DNA of 62,918 bases, counting the filler, from Octopus bimaculoides (lineage: Eukaryota): NCBI RefSeq assembly GCF_001194135.2. It is 7 parts of 7 records of this genome, joined end to end, with 100 filler letters (N's around TTAATTAATTAA, not from the genome) between each part and the next. Parts side by side here need not be neighbours in the genome. Positions count along the whole stretch, not along the records: positions 1 to 10,029 come from NC_068986.1; positions 10,130 to 16,245 come from NC_068999.1; 5 more parts are not named here. The stretch is one strand, 5' to 3'. Within the stretch, counting starts at the first letter, position 1. Each line of letters starts with the position of its first letter. Position numbers and translations under genes: made by a program. The notes beneath the pieces were generated by a model. That model was not told where the DNA came from. It saw only the letters and a program-made list of their open reading frames with translations, and did no database searches. Positions 1-13,694 of this stretch are shown here, piece by piece.

Positions 1-56
<56 letters not shown>
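1..56. repeat. (GT)n microsatellite; representative of dozens of CA/TA/GA/ATT/TATG microsatellites in the window
   Basis: Directly visible pure dinucleotide run. Confidence 0.95.
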
Positions 57-58
<2 letters not shown>

Positions 59-649
59 TGTAAAAAAGAAAAACAAGTCTGAGGAAACTAATGAAAGGCC
101 CTACCCCCACTAAATTCTTGAAATGGAATCATGAGAAGATTGACTCTTCCAAATTAAATAAACTTAAAAGATGGAGAATATAGTTGAGTCAAATTGATGA
201 AGATTGAGGCAGCTGGAACACAATCTAAATATTGGTTTGAAAAGAATGATGGACTGGGAAGATAAACTACATGGGTTTGTATGTCAAGATGGAAGACAGC
301 AGTCGGAAATAATAAACAATTATTATAAATTTACTAATAATTAGAAGGACTTTAACCTTCATGAGAGGGAAGTATTTGAACAAACCCAGTCAATGTTTGG
401 TACCAATATTACTAAACTTGGTGAAAGAAAAGGTAGTTTGCTCCAAATGTAGACTAAATACCGCAGCATTCAAGTGTACTTGTAAATATATGATTTTGGG
501 GTTTTGTTTAATGTTACTGGCCCTCCATGAAAGTTGAAAGAATTGATGCCAGTGGGATTTCAATGTAAAGGGATGTTAAAAATCACTTGAGAATTTTTCT
601 GGCACTATCATATCAGCCACTCAGTTGCTTTACTTATAATTATTTATGA

Positions 650-1252
650 TTAAGACACAAAGCCAGCAATTTTGAAGGAAGTGGGTTAGTTGATTACACT
701 GACCCCAATATTTATCTGGTACTTAATTGATCATGGGAAAATAAAAGGTAAAGTTGACTTTGGCAGAATTTGAACTTAGGACGTAAATCACTGGAACAAA
801 TACTGCAATGCATTTTCCCAAAGCTCTCATTATTCTGCCAGTCAACCACTTCAATAATAATAATTCTTTCTAATTTTGGCACATGGCCAGCAATTTGAGG
901 GGAGGTTGATATAACTCCAGAGCTCAACTGGTACTAATTTATCAACCCCAAACAGATGAAAGCAAAGTTGACTTCAACAGGATTTGAACTCTGAATGTAA
1001 AGAGCTGGAAAAAATGCTGCAAGGTATAATAATAATCCTTTCTTCTGGAAGCACAAGACCTCAAATTTGGAGGGAGGGGACTAGTCAATTATACCCCCCC
1101 CCCTCAGTGCATAACAGGTACTTAATTTATCGACCCCGAAAGGCTGAAAGGCGAAGTTGACTTCAGCAGAATTTGAACTCAGAATGTAGCGACAGATGAA
1201 ATACCACTAAGCATTTCGTCCAGTACGTGAACAATTCTGCCAGCTCACTGCC
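650..1252 (-). mobile_element. Three head-to-tail copies of SINE family A (~220 bp, (ATT)n tail), CpG-decayed
   Basis: Each copy carries variants of AAAGTCGACCTCGGCGGAATTTGAACTCAGAA and TTCTGCCAGCTC. The copies are separated by TAATAATAA tails. The same element recurs more than 15 times in the window. Confidence 0.85.
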
Positions 1253-2484
1253 TTAAGGCATAATAATAATTGCTTATGCACAAAGCCAATTGTTGATAAT
1301 AGAAGGAAAGCTTTAGATGTTTTTAACTTCAATGTATCAGTATTAGTTATTTTATTGATGAGCACAGTAGGGGTCAACATTGACCACTGAACACTGTGGG
1401 AGTCAACACTAACCACTGAGTAATGGTGATCACATTGAGAAGATCAGATTTTTTAATACAAAATCTGAAATTTACAAAGAAGGTAAATGGAAAATCATGT
1501 CAATCATGACCTTTGTAACAATGAAAGCAGCTTTTACAACACTAGCAAGAATCTAAATTGGATCGCATATAATGGCTATTTACTGAATTTGCAGTTCCAG
1601 CCAGCAATATGATAGTAATTTCGTTCTGAGTAGATGTAAGGAACAAATTCCCTTTTATTGCAAAAGGAAACTACAGACAAGTAAAAAGCTAGCATTTTAC
1701 TTTGCAATCTATATTTCGTCTCCAGAAGGATAAAAAACCCCAGAGGGATTTGAAAAATGAGGCACCAAGACAGAGCATTAAGGATTACTAAGATGTATAT
1801 GGCTCTCTGTTGGTCAAGGCTTACCATGCATATGCAAGCAATGAAAAGTCCTTTTTAGGAAGAACAGTAATTGCATATTTCCCCTCTCTATGACACTAAC
1901 ATTTATCCAAAGGAAAGGTAACTGACTTAGGCCAATACAGTTTGGCACTAGTGTTGTTGCAGGATTTGCTATCAAAATGCAGAAAGTTGGAACATTCTGC
2001 AAGAGATCTTGTCCAACTTTCTAACAGCTCCACTACTGTACTGCCTGGACATTTTTTTTTTTAACTCTGCATGAAAGGCTAGGTTAACCATAGCAGGATT
2101 TAAACAGAGACTGCAGAATTAGAACAAATACCATGAGGCAATCTATCCAATGCTCTACCAACTCTGCTAATCCACTGCTTTTACTACTATGATAATCTCC
2201 CTGAAATATACTAGTCACCCTATGTTAATAGTGAATAACTTAGTCAGCATGTTAAAAAGTTCAAGAGATTTGTTTTATTTCTTTGAAAGCTATATTCTAA
2301 GGATCTGTTGACATATTTAAATCTTATAGATGTATATGATTGATCCACTAGAAACAACATTATACGTTAGCATTTATAGAAAAACACCTGTAACATAACT
2401 AGTTTTTACTTCCCTAAATAACAAGTGAATGAAGCTTCCAGAAATATAACTGTAGTTTTAATAACTAATCAACTAATAATTTTC

Positions 2485-2520
<36 letters not shown>

Positions 2521-4774
2521 CTGATATAAAGTGGTAATGTATAAGTAGAGATAAATTCCCAAAGGAATAACTAAATATGGGAGATAACTATACAAAAACT
2601 AAAATTTTAAACTCTGTTGACAAAATATCTATTTGCCTCCCATATCAGATTCTAATTAATGTAGAATTTAAATTAAAGGTAATGAGAAATCAACAGTATC
2701 AAGATGTCTGAGTTATAAATGGGGATGTGTACTTCAAATTCAAATTTTATAGAATTTTGGTCACTTTTCAAATATCATGCAGACAACTGATAGCAATGGA
2801 CAAATCTTTCAATACAAACGGTACATAAAAACAATTCTACTAGCTACAGGAAAACCTAAAACATTTTGAGGAGGTTTTAAAAGGTGAAAAAAATACTCAA
2901 TTCCGAAAAATGGAAAAGAATGTGATAAAATGAAGGAAAAGTTAATTTGTAAGAAAATTTCCTGAAGAAGACTTGTAAAATCAAATACTGGCAGTGCTGC
3001 CAATAACCTTAATTCTTTATATTGTTACTAAGGGTTTTTATGTCAAACTGAGTAGATGAAATAAAAACCAGGAATATGGAAACACTGTCAGTTAAACCAG
3101 TTGGGTAGACTATACAGTTTGTCTTCATTTCAACTAGATATGTAATAAATTTCATTTCATATATACATAAAATTAATAATACNNNNNNNNNNCAGTTAAA
3201 CCAGTTGGGTAGACTATACAGTTTGTCTTCATTTCAACTAGTTATGTAATAAATTTCATTTCATATATACATAAAATTAATAATACTAATAATAATAATC
3301 CTTTCATGAAAATTTATTTAATGTTTGACCAGATTTCTCCAACGGTTCCAACTGACAGTATGTGATTGGTTGATTGAAAGGAGGGCAAAAACAAACCTAG
3401 TTAGATTAAATTGCACTGCAGAACAAAGTTTTCTCCATTTAATAAATTTTTTTTTAAATTAAAAAGAAAATACATTAAACATAGAAAAAAAATATTCCTA
3501 AGATAAAAAAAAAGATAAAAAGAAACAAACACACACATTTAACCAAACAAAACTGACAAGCATGCAATCTAGTTTTCCTTATATTCTTGAAATGCATATT
3601 CTTCCAGTTGGTATATGGTTATTATACAGTTTAGTCAATATTATTTTGTCATATCCAGAAAAATATATTTCATTATAGTAGAATTTAATACCAAAAATAC
3701 CACAGTAAAAACATCTGGCAATTGACATGCCTATATATTATATATATATATAATAATAATAATAATTATTATTATTATAGAAGAAACAAAATATTCTTTC
3801 ATAAATGTTTTATCTGGACATTAGTAATGATTTATTATCGGCAATGAAATGGCAATTAAATTTACATGTTATATACTTTAAATTGAACAGTATTGTTGTT
3901 GTTGTTGTGAATGAGCAATCACAATATCAAATATTTATTGTGCTATAAATGTGAAAATATCAGTTCAACAAATATTGAAGAGTAGTTATTAAAGGCCATT
4001 TAAAAAAAATATATAACTGCTTTATGAGTTTTTGTTTGTTATGGAATGACATGGAAATTAAGGTGAGACAATACATCATTATTAGTCTACCTTAATGAAT
4101 CTAAATTACCTGGATTTCTAACACCTAAATGTATAAATGTACATAAGTATGTATAAATTTTGTGTGTGTCTATTTTAAATAGTTCAATTAGTAAGATCTC
4201 TTGATTATCTTCAGTATAAGAGCTAGGGCCAGCTAAGACACAGAGTATATGTTTTTATTGTATTAGCACGTACATACCAAACTTTTCAGCAATCTGTGTT
4301 AATACAATAAACATTTAAACCAAAAGATAAAAAAAATAAAATTTAATTCTCAAAAGGGCATTATTTCAAAATGTAAAGTAAAAATAGGCGTCAAATGGTT
4401 ACAATAGCAGCCCCTCAGGATTTATTAACTTTAAAAACAATTCATCATGTCAGTTTTTAAATGCAGGGAAAAAAATTTTTTGATGAAATAATGTAACTAA
4501 TTGATTTTTGCTTTTAATAGAAGCTTTAGCTATGAAGGCATAATGCAGGATGATTGCAGTTATAATATTTAATGGCAAGAACTAATGCAAGACAGCTTTT
4601 CATGTTTAACAGTAAATATTTTTGTAAGTCCCCACAGTAGTTAGATTTTATAATAAAAGGATTAAAAACCAATTAAAATGAAAAACAAAATTAAAACAAA
4701 ATAAAATTAAGTCAAGCAAAACACAAGGTAATGCACAAGTGCAAAAATGAAATTAGATTGCAAACAATAATGAA

Positions 4775-4833
<59 letters not shown>

Positions 4834-5240
4834 GAAACAAAAGATAAATAAAAATAAACAATTTTAAAACATTTACAACATATATATACATACATACATG
4901 TATATACATACACATACATACATACATATATAGATATATATACACACAGATATATGTATATACAGACACATATGTATATATACACAGACATATATATTCA
5001 TATATATGTATACAAACAAGCAAAAACAAAAAAAGGTCTATCAACTCCAAATCCAGAAAGCATGCATTGTCATGCAAATCATGTCCAGGCAGACTGTCCA
5101 GTGCCAAGAGTGGTCGCAGATGTTTTAAGCCTGCATTGCGTAAGTGAAAGAAGCTTTTGTTTGTTGTAGCTGCTTGGTAATTTGCTTTAGTTTGTATTTA
5201 GAAAATTAACACTAATATCACAGCAACAACCTTCATAAAA

Positions 5241-5501
5241 TCTTGAAGATTTTGGAAAGAAAGAGAGTAAGAGGTAAAAAAAAAAAAGTGTCTCGTTTTA
5301 TTTATTATTATTATTACTTTTATCAGACGCAAAGCTAGTGACTTGAAGAGCAGGCAGGTCAGTTTGGGGAGCAGGCAAAGAATTCTGGGAAGGGTCACAT
5401 ATTTGTTCATTAAACATTTATAATTAGATTGGTTTATCTCATATTTCAACTCTAAACATCAACACATCCAGATATACATATACACCAACATGTATGTATG
5501 C

Positions 5502-5568
<67 letters not shown>

Positions 5569-6187
5569 CCACCATGTGTTTTATATGGAGAGTGTTTAGG
5601 AATGTGTTTTTCATATTTGTATGCGTGTGTGTATTGGTGGGTAGATGAAATAGCAAAGAATAAAACATGGGTGGGTAAGGGATGGAGAAGAACAGTGTTA
5701 TAATTAACCAAAATCGGTTACGCAACAAATGAATTTAACATGTTTGTGAAATGTGTACTGACATTGTTGCCACAAAGAAACGCACCTTCCTGAAGAAAAT
5801 ACATGCAAAGTCAACACAGTTGTAATGTATATATAGATAGATAGAGATTTACTTCATGTTATAAATATATATATATATACACACATATATATACACATAC
5901 ATATATATATATCATGATACGAATGTGTTACTAGCAGATGAATCATGCTAGACTGTAAAGCATGGCAAAAAAATACGACACTGTAGGCAGAATAAAGAAC
6001 TAGGGAGGCAGGTAATACTGGTTCCTACCTTCGGCAAATTCATCGTCCCATTCCAAATTGGGGTATACAAACTTTGGGGAACCGATGCGTGAGGAATCAA
6101 AGCGTGGAGACGACCCTGCTCGACAACAGCCATATAAGGAAGGAAAGGACAAGGAGTCAGAAAAAAGGGCTTCCAAAAAAAAGCACC
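5241..6187 (-). other. Candidate spliced transcript fragment (three possible exons), product unidentified
   Basis: Donor GAAG|GTAGGA at 6029/6028. Acceptor CCTTCCCAG| at 5385/5384, giving a 67-nt exon. Donor AAA|GTAATA at 5318/5317. A 76-nt intron with a long pyrimidine tract ends CTTCAAG| at 5242. No recognisable protein homology. Confidence 0.2.
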
Positions 6188-9100
6188 TAAATATCTTATT
6201 TTATCGAAAAATATCAAATCTCTAATGAAATTTTGAAGGAAAAAAAAGTCATGTGAACTTTTCATCAAAAATATTTGTATATTATGATTACAGGATGAAC
6301 ACATTAATGGATTTAAAATACTCATTGTTTAACTTATGAATCAAATTTGCTGTAGTGGTTAACAAGAAAATTAATAGAGCCCCAAGTATTCACAAAGAGA
6401 GAAACATGTCTCTCTTATGAACACTTACATATACATAATTACATATAACAGTAAACAAATATTTTACAGATTTTTTACTTGAAATATCATCATTATTACT
6501 TTTATCATTTTTATTATTATTTAAAAATTATCATTGGTATAAGCATTATTGAAGAAATTACATATTCTTTAAACACTAAATTTTTGCAGTAATATTAGTT
6601 TTTCTTTTTAATTATTTTATGCTAGATAATATATTACCTATGTACCATTTATAATCTTTCTTGGAGAAATCATTATCATTTAATGTTTTCCATGTTGGCA
6701 TGGGTTGAACAGTTTGACAGGATGTGGTAAGCCATAGAGCTGCAATGAACTCCAATGTCAGCTCTTGGCATAATTTCTATGGCTGAATGCTCTTCCTAAT
6801 GCCAACAACTTTAAAATGTGCACAGGGCCAGTCAGCACTGTATCAGACCAACAATGCAGCTGTGAATATTTTACACTGTTTGCACTCTTTTATAAACCAA
6901 TCTATCAATTCAATTTCCCAGAATAATACAAACATATCCATTGGACATCAAAAAGGAGACACAAAATTGCTTAAAGCAATACAGTGACAACGATGTCTAA
7001 TAAGTAGTGTCAGATCCACATGGATCAACCTCATTTAAATCTTACAAATTTGAGAGAATATAAATTATAGAGGATCTATGAATATTATATGAAAGCTGAT
7101 TTATAGTTAATGCTGAGGAATAATACATTTTATTACTAATTAATCCAAGTATATCATTTTAGTTAGAAGATTTTTGAATTATTTCTCTTCATAAACTGCA
7201 AAATATGGAAGTTTTTAACATATTTTTGAAAGATTAATTAAATTTTCAAACTTTATTCCTTTGCATATTACCAAAATAGAGGGATTAATGAACATTAAAC
7301 AATTTATAGCAGGGCCATATAAAATAATAACTTATGAGTAATAATTTTAAGAAAATAGAGGAATTCATTACTTAATTATTTAAGTATCTATGGTATTATG
7401 AAATGGTAAACAACTCAATTGGAATGAAAGACAAGCTTAATATTCCAACCTTAAGCTCCTGAAGATAACATGTGATAAACATTATATATACATGTATTTG
7501 ATACTGTAAAATATATTTACTAAGGTGAAAATATATAAATGAAAAATATAAAAATCATTTCTTATGCATAAAATTATATGAACAATACTTTTCATTAACC
7601 ATTTATAAAATTGGCTGTTGTGTTGTTTTTTGTTTTTTAAGTTGTTTTTTTCTCTTCCCTAACAGGTTTTACAGACAAATATATAACAGAATATATGTTG
7701 TACTGTTACTAACACTGAGGACCTTTCCCAAACAACAGAAAGTCGAAAGTATTTCACTAATAAACAATAGAAATATTTCATTTAAGGTTGTGTGTATATA
7801 AATCAACTTCTCAATATGCATGTATGAAATGCATGCGTTGAGGAAAGCTAAACCATCCTAAAATATAATTACAATTTACTAAAATACCTTGAGTAATATG
7901 GTTAATTAATGTTATCTGGTTACTTACCCCACCTCACAGTTTTCTTCTGAGAGATAGTTTCTTTGTTTACTTAATTTACTAATTTCATTTATTTTTATTT
8001 AACTTCTATTCATAGTTTTAATCTAAACTAGTTTTACTACATACATACATACATACACACACATACTTGCTCCTTAATTTATACTTGTTTTTCTATACTA
8101 GCACATACTAGATGGATGCTTTATGGCTGGATACCCTTGCTGTCTCTAACCCTTACCTGTTTTACAAGTAAGGGCTCTTTTTATTCCACTACTTTGAGAG
8201 TACATAGCTACAGGCTGTAACATCCACTGGGAATATAAACATCCAATCTCATACAATGAAGGAAAAATGACAACACACATATTTTATATTTATATGATAG
8301 ACTTCTGTACAGCTTCCAATTCTATTGATTCTATTCATAAAGCATTAGTCAGCCCCAGATAACAGCAGAAAACACTTGCCTAAGGTGCTGCACTATCAGA
8401 CTGAACCTAAGACCACATGGTTGAAAAGCTAATTTCTTAAGCATACAGCCATAATATTATATATATAGGTAGATATCAACACATCAAGCAATACAACTCC
8501 AGTGCAATCACAGAAGACTGAAGACTAGTGTATGCTGAAATCATAAAAAAGATATCCAATACATATAAACATTACTTATTTATCGAGTTTGATCCCATAT
8601 TTCCTCTATCAACAGTGCTTTCCCAGTTATTGAGAAATAAGAAAATGACTGCAAATACAGACATTTCCTACACATGAGAAAACCAAATAATCAACTCTAA
8701 ATACCAAGCATAACTAGTAACAATTTCATTATGTGAATGTGTGTGTTTCTTATAGCTATGAGCCGCTTAAACCAATTATCTTAAAGGGACTTGACAATGC
8801 TTCTTTGAAAGAGTCCATCCTCTGCAGCAACACTCAAGACTGAAAGCTAATGAAACACTCATTTGTTTTGCAGTGCTCCCCCTGTCTACAGCAATAAGTT
8901 GTTCTTACTTGCTGAAACTTATTTACAGTTGAGTAGACTATGTCATTCAAAAGATAAGTATTTGACTATAGACACAGAATAACAATATCGAATTGCTAAG
9001 TAGTTCTTTCTTTCTTCACACACACTAAGGTCTAGATTATCTGACTGTTAAAATAGCCAATTTGATGAACTTAGAATAAAATTGAAATATTAAGTTAGAA

Positions 9101-9981
9101 ATAATAATACTAATAATAATATTAAAAATCAATAATAATAGAAATTTTATAAGAGATAAAGAAGCTGAAAATGTTGCAATAATTATTTAGTCTAATAGAA
9201 ACAAAGGATTAAAAAATATGTGTCCAATATTCTAAGTTGGAATTATTATTATAATTATTATTATTGTTGTTTGGGTTTGTTTATTTTTTGAAACAATAAA
9301 TCTACTCAACCCATATTCCAAAATTGATCTAAGTCAGAATTCATAAACAATGGAAATAATATATACAGGAAAAGAAAAAGAATAAAAAAACTAAAAATTA
9401 ATAGCAGTTTTTTTTAAAACTACGTATCAAATGAGAATTTTTGGAAGAAGCTCAGATAACCAGAGATTTAGATAAAAAGTAAAATACATGTTTGTGTGTA
9501 TGTGTGTATTTTTGAAGGTGCCAAATGATCTTCAACAGATAGCCAATATGTATGCACACACACACATATAAATGCACATACATATGTCAATTCACGAACA
9601 CATCTCTCTCTCTCTCTTTCTCTCTCTAGTGTTTGCATGTGTGAAATCTTAGCCATCACTCATAAGTGAGTGTGACATGGCAGCATGTACCAAGCTTACG
9701 CTAACTGTTCAAGGTACTTATGTAGTCACAGGCAAAAACTGTTATTCTCTCGACCATCCCAGTCTTGACCCTGTACAACATCAAAGATATGAAAGCTAGG
9801 GGGGAGAGATAGCTGTACTAGCAGTCAGCTGGTACTCATTTTCAGTTGGGCAGACTGGAGCAACATGAAATGTAGTGCCCTGCTCAAGGACACAAAGCTG
9901 TCCGGTCTAGGAAATGAACCCACAACATTACAATCATGAGCTCAACACTAACCAGTAAGCCCCACAAACCATATACATACA

Positions 9982-10029
<48 letters not shown>

Positions 10030-11055
10030 NNNNNNNNNNNNNNNNNNNNNNNNNNNNNNNNNNNNNNNNNNNNTTAATTAATTAANNNNNNNNNNNNNNN
10101 NNNNNNNNNNNNNNNNNNNNNNNNNNNNNTCAGACATACATATACATACAGACATGTGTACACACACACACACACAGAACCATAAGTTGAGGAATCAAGA
10201 ATTATTTGATTGAGATTGACAAAAATCAAGCAAAATATAAAATAAAAAAAACTAGAAAACACAAAAGAATCGGAACCCCCTCCACCCACCAACTTCCCAC
10301 CCCTTGCCTTCCATCATGTCTTCATTTTTCTTCTTGTCTTTTACTCATAATCTCATGATCTTTGTCTATTAAAAGTCCAGTTGTTGTTCCTTCTTTATTT
10401 TTCCCCCCTTTTTTTTTCTTCATCCATCTATTTTGTATTTTTCATTTTTATTTTCCTTCATTCCTTTTTCTTTCTTTCTTTTTTTCTTTACCAACTGACA
10501 AACCAACCACTCGCCTTGTTGAACTGTTTACACCTTTGGATATTTGTCTGTACAAAACACACACACATACACACGTGCGTGCACATGCCCCCTTCCCCCA
10601 CATGTATGCACTGAATTGACTTTCTAGATGAGTGTGTGTCGTGTCCCATTTGTTGATCTACAAATTTCTCTTTCTTATGTCTTTTCTCTTTCACTTCTTT
10701 CAGTCATTAAATTCCGACCATTCTGGGGCAAAAATTACAGTTGAATGAATTGACCTCAGTACTTATTTTCCTTAAAGTCTGGTGCTTATTCTATCAACCA
10801 CTTTTGCTGAACCACTAAGTTACATGGACTTAAAGATACTAGCACTGGTTGTCAAGCACTTGTGGGGGACAAACAACATGGACACACACACACACAAACA
10901 CACACACAAACACACAAACACACACACATATGTACGACAGGCTTCTTTCAGTTTCACTCTGCCAAACCCAGTCACAGGGCTTTTGTTGGCCTAAGGCTAA
11001 AGTAGAAGACATTCACACAAGGTACCACACAGTGAGACTGAACTTGAAACTATAC

Positions 11056-11418
11056 CAGTAATTATAAAAATGACAGTGACAGAAAATGGGATAATATCTT
11101 ACAGCTGTTTCAGTCCAGAGGTGACATGCCTCATTCTATCTTTATCACTCCAGTAGAATGAAGTTATTAATAGATGAAATAGAGGTACATGGATGATTCT
11201 CTAGGCATGTTCAGAGATTTTATAAAGTTCATAAGGTTATGTTAAAAATATAAAAACCGTAAAAACCCACATATATATGCATACCTCTATTTCATCTATT
11301 AATTACTTCAGTCTACTGGAGTGATAAAGATAGAATGAGGCAATGTCACCTCTGGACTGAAACAGCTGTAAGAAATTATCCCATTTTCTGTCACTATATG
11401 TCATTTTTATAATTACTG
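11056..11418. mobile_element. Fold-back / MITE with ~132-bp terminal inverted repeats
   Basis: 11056-11187 is the reverse complement of 11282-11418, with 3 substitutions and 2 small indels. The spacer is ~94 bp. The target-site duplication is ambiguous. Confidence 0.8.
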
Positions 11419-11559
11419 ATATGACATAATATGTCACATGTGTTTGTATATTGTTATTATTGTCCTTTTAGTAAACAAATAAACAAGTAAATTGACACAA
11501 TACAATGTCTGCAAGTTGATGAATATCACCTATTTAATCCCCTCCATTTTCTTATTGCT

Positions 11560-11608
<49 letters not shown>

Positions 11609-11999
11609 GAAAGTGAGAGAATGGACCAGTTTTGCATATTAGTTTGATGATTTATTATTCTTCAAAATCTCTTATGTTGATCAAAGTAGTAAACATAAGG
11701 GTGTTCTTTCTTTTTTTTGTTGTTTTATGAGAGAGAAACAAACAAGCAGACAGACAGGTTAACTAGCAGGGATGGAGGTGTGGGAGATGAGGGGTTTAGT
11801 ATATTTTTAACAGCTTGTTGTTGTTGTTATGTAAGATTTGTTATGTCCATGGTGGGGGTGGAGGTCTGCCAAAGCAATTAAAAACAGAAATATTTACAAA
11901 TATTTTGATCAAAGAAGCGATAAATAAAGGTATGTTTAAAAAGAAAGAGAACATACATACATATAAAATCTTTTTTATCTGTATCTTCTTCCTATGTCC

Positions 12000-12033
<34 letters not shown>

Positions 12034-12348
12034 TAATGTAAACTCCTGTTTATTATAATTCTCATATATATATATATATATATATATGCATACACCGGGA
12101 AGTAAAAGAGAGTACCTTCAGGTATATTTTTGTGAGTTGTTATAGGTTGTGTGCGATTGTTGGTTGTTGATGTTGATGTTGAAGTGTATTCAGCCAAAAA
12201 ATAAAGTAAAATGAAATTTAAAAAAATAAAAACGAAGAAACCTCATAACATCAATAGCAACAATATTAGAAGGCAGCAGCAGCAGCAACATGGACACAGT
12301 TTTATCTTGATCAAAGATGTGATAACACTACTACTACTACTACTACTG

Positions 12349-12382
<34 letters not shown>

Positions 12383-13153
12383 CAAAACTAATAATGACGA
12401 TGAGGAAGACGTTGATTTCTGATTTAGGCTCAAGGCCAGCAGTTTTGAGGGAAGTGGGGGTTAAATTATAATATCAGCAGCCCTTGTACATGTCTGATAC
12501 TTTATCAGCCACTAGAAAGATGAAGGGCAAAGTGGACCCCCAACAGGATTTGAACTCAGAATGGAAAGAAGCAAAATAATAACATTATCCACAACAATAA
12601 CACCACCACCACCATCACCACCACCACCACCACCACCATCACCAAAGAGGTGNNNNNNNNNNNNNNNNNNNNNNNNNNNNNNNNNNNNNNNNNNNNNNNN
12701 NNNNNNNNNNNNNNNNNNNNNNNNNNNNNNNNNNNNNNNNNNNNNNNNNNNNNNNNNNNNNNNNNNNNNNNNNNNNNNNNNNNNNNNNNNNNNNNNNNNN
12801 NNNNNNNNNNNNNNNNNNNNNNNNNNNNNNNNNNNNNNNNNNNNNNNNNNNNNNNNNNNNNNNNNNNNNNNNNNNNNNNNNNNNNNNNNNNNNNNNNNNN
12901 NNNNNNNNNNNNNNNNNNNNNNNNNNNNNNNNNNNNNNNNNNNNNNNNNNNNNNNNNNNNNNNNNNNNNNNNNNNNNNNNNNNNNNNNNNNNNNNNNNNN
13001 NNNNNNAATAAAGTTAATATTTATGATGGCCCACCATTCACTGCCTCCCCTACCATGACCAACATGCCATTAAGAATTTCCTGAAATTTTTATTTCTATA
13101 TAAAACATACGTATATGTATAGTATAGATGTATATATACTGTCTACATATATT

Positions 13154-13206
<53 letters not shown>

Positions 13207-13304
13207 TGTCTAATTTTATAGCATAAGCATTATACGCATAAGTGGTTGTATAATGTATGTTTTCATGTTCATGCATGTATATTCCTGAATAAATATACGC
13301 ACAA

Positions 13305-13410
13305 GCATGCCTGTGTGGTAAAAAGTTTGCTTCCCAACCACATGGTTCTAGGTTCAATCCCACTGCATGGCACCTTGGGTCAGTCTCTTCTTCTCTTGCC
13401 TTGGCCTGAC
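13305..13410 (+). mobile_element. SINE family B (tRNA-like head); other copies near 8300-8450(-), 10940-11050(-), 15355-15500(+), 18885-19010(-), 19090-19230(+), 57530-57660(-)
   Basis: Recurrent motif GTGTGGTAAGAAG.TTGCTTCCCAACCACATGGTT.GGTTCA.TCCCACTGC.TGGCACCTTGGG. Confidence 0.8.
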
Positions 13411-13474
13411 AAAATTATTTTACAAAATTCATTATTTTCAAAATTAGTTGAAACAATGGTAAGAAAAGGTTTAA

Positions 13475-13694
13475 CCCTTTAGCATTTAAACCGGCCATAT
13501 CCGGCCAAAAGTATTCTGCTTGTTTTATGTTCAAACTGGCCAAATCTGATCTCTCACACCAACCCTACAATATCATTTTAAAAATTAACAGTTACCTCAT
13601 TGAAATCTCATAGCTACAAGATAATGCATGATTAGTTCAAAACAATGTGGATGAAAAAGCATTAATTTGGTAGAATAATGCAAACACTAAAGGG
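13475..13694. mobile_element. piggyBac-type MITE (220 bp)
   Basis: Flanked by TTAA on both sides (13471-13474 and 13695-13698). Termini are CCCTTTAG...CTAAAGGG. A TTAA duplication with CCC/GGG ends is the piggyBac signature. Confidence 0.75.

Noticed and set aside
1814-2050. Short protein-like frames on both strands with splice-like sites
   Set aside because: In-frame stops lie close by, the acceptors are weak, and no family was recognised.
3089-3286. 94-bp direct repeat with one substitution
   Set aside because: The two copies flank a 10-N gap exactly. This is typical of unmerged overlapping (allelic) contig ends.
7640-7790. Strong plus-strand acceptor (TTTTCTCTTCCCTAACAG|G) followed by GFTDKYITEYMLYCY*
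   Set aside because: No partner donor or upstream exon could be tied to it, and no homology was recognised.
10074-10085. TTAATTAATTAA palindrome centred in N runs (also 16290, 22535, 36203, 42565, 59191)
   Set aside because: An identical 12-mer with stops in all six frames sits in the middle of 100-base padded gaps. It is an assembly linker, not biology.
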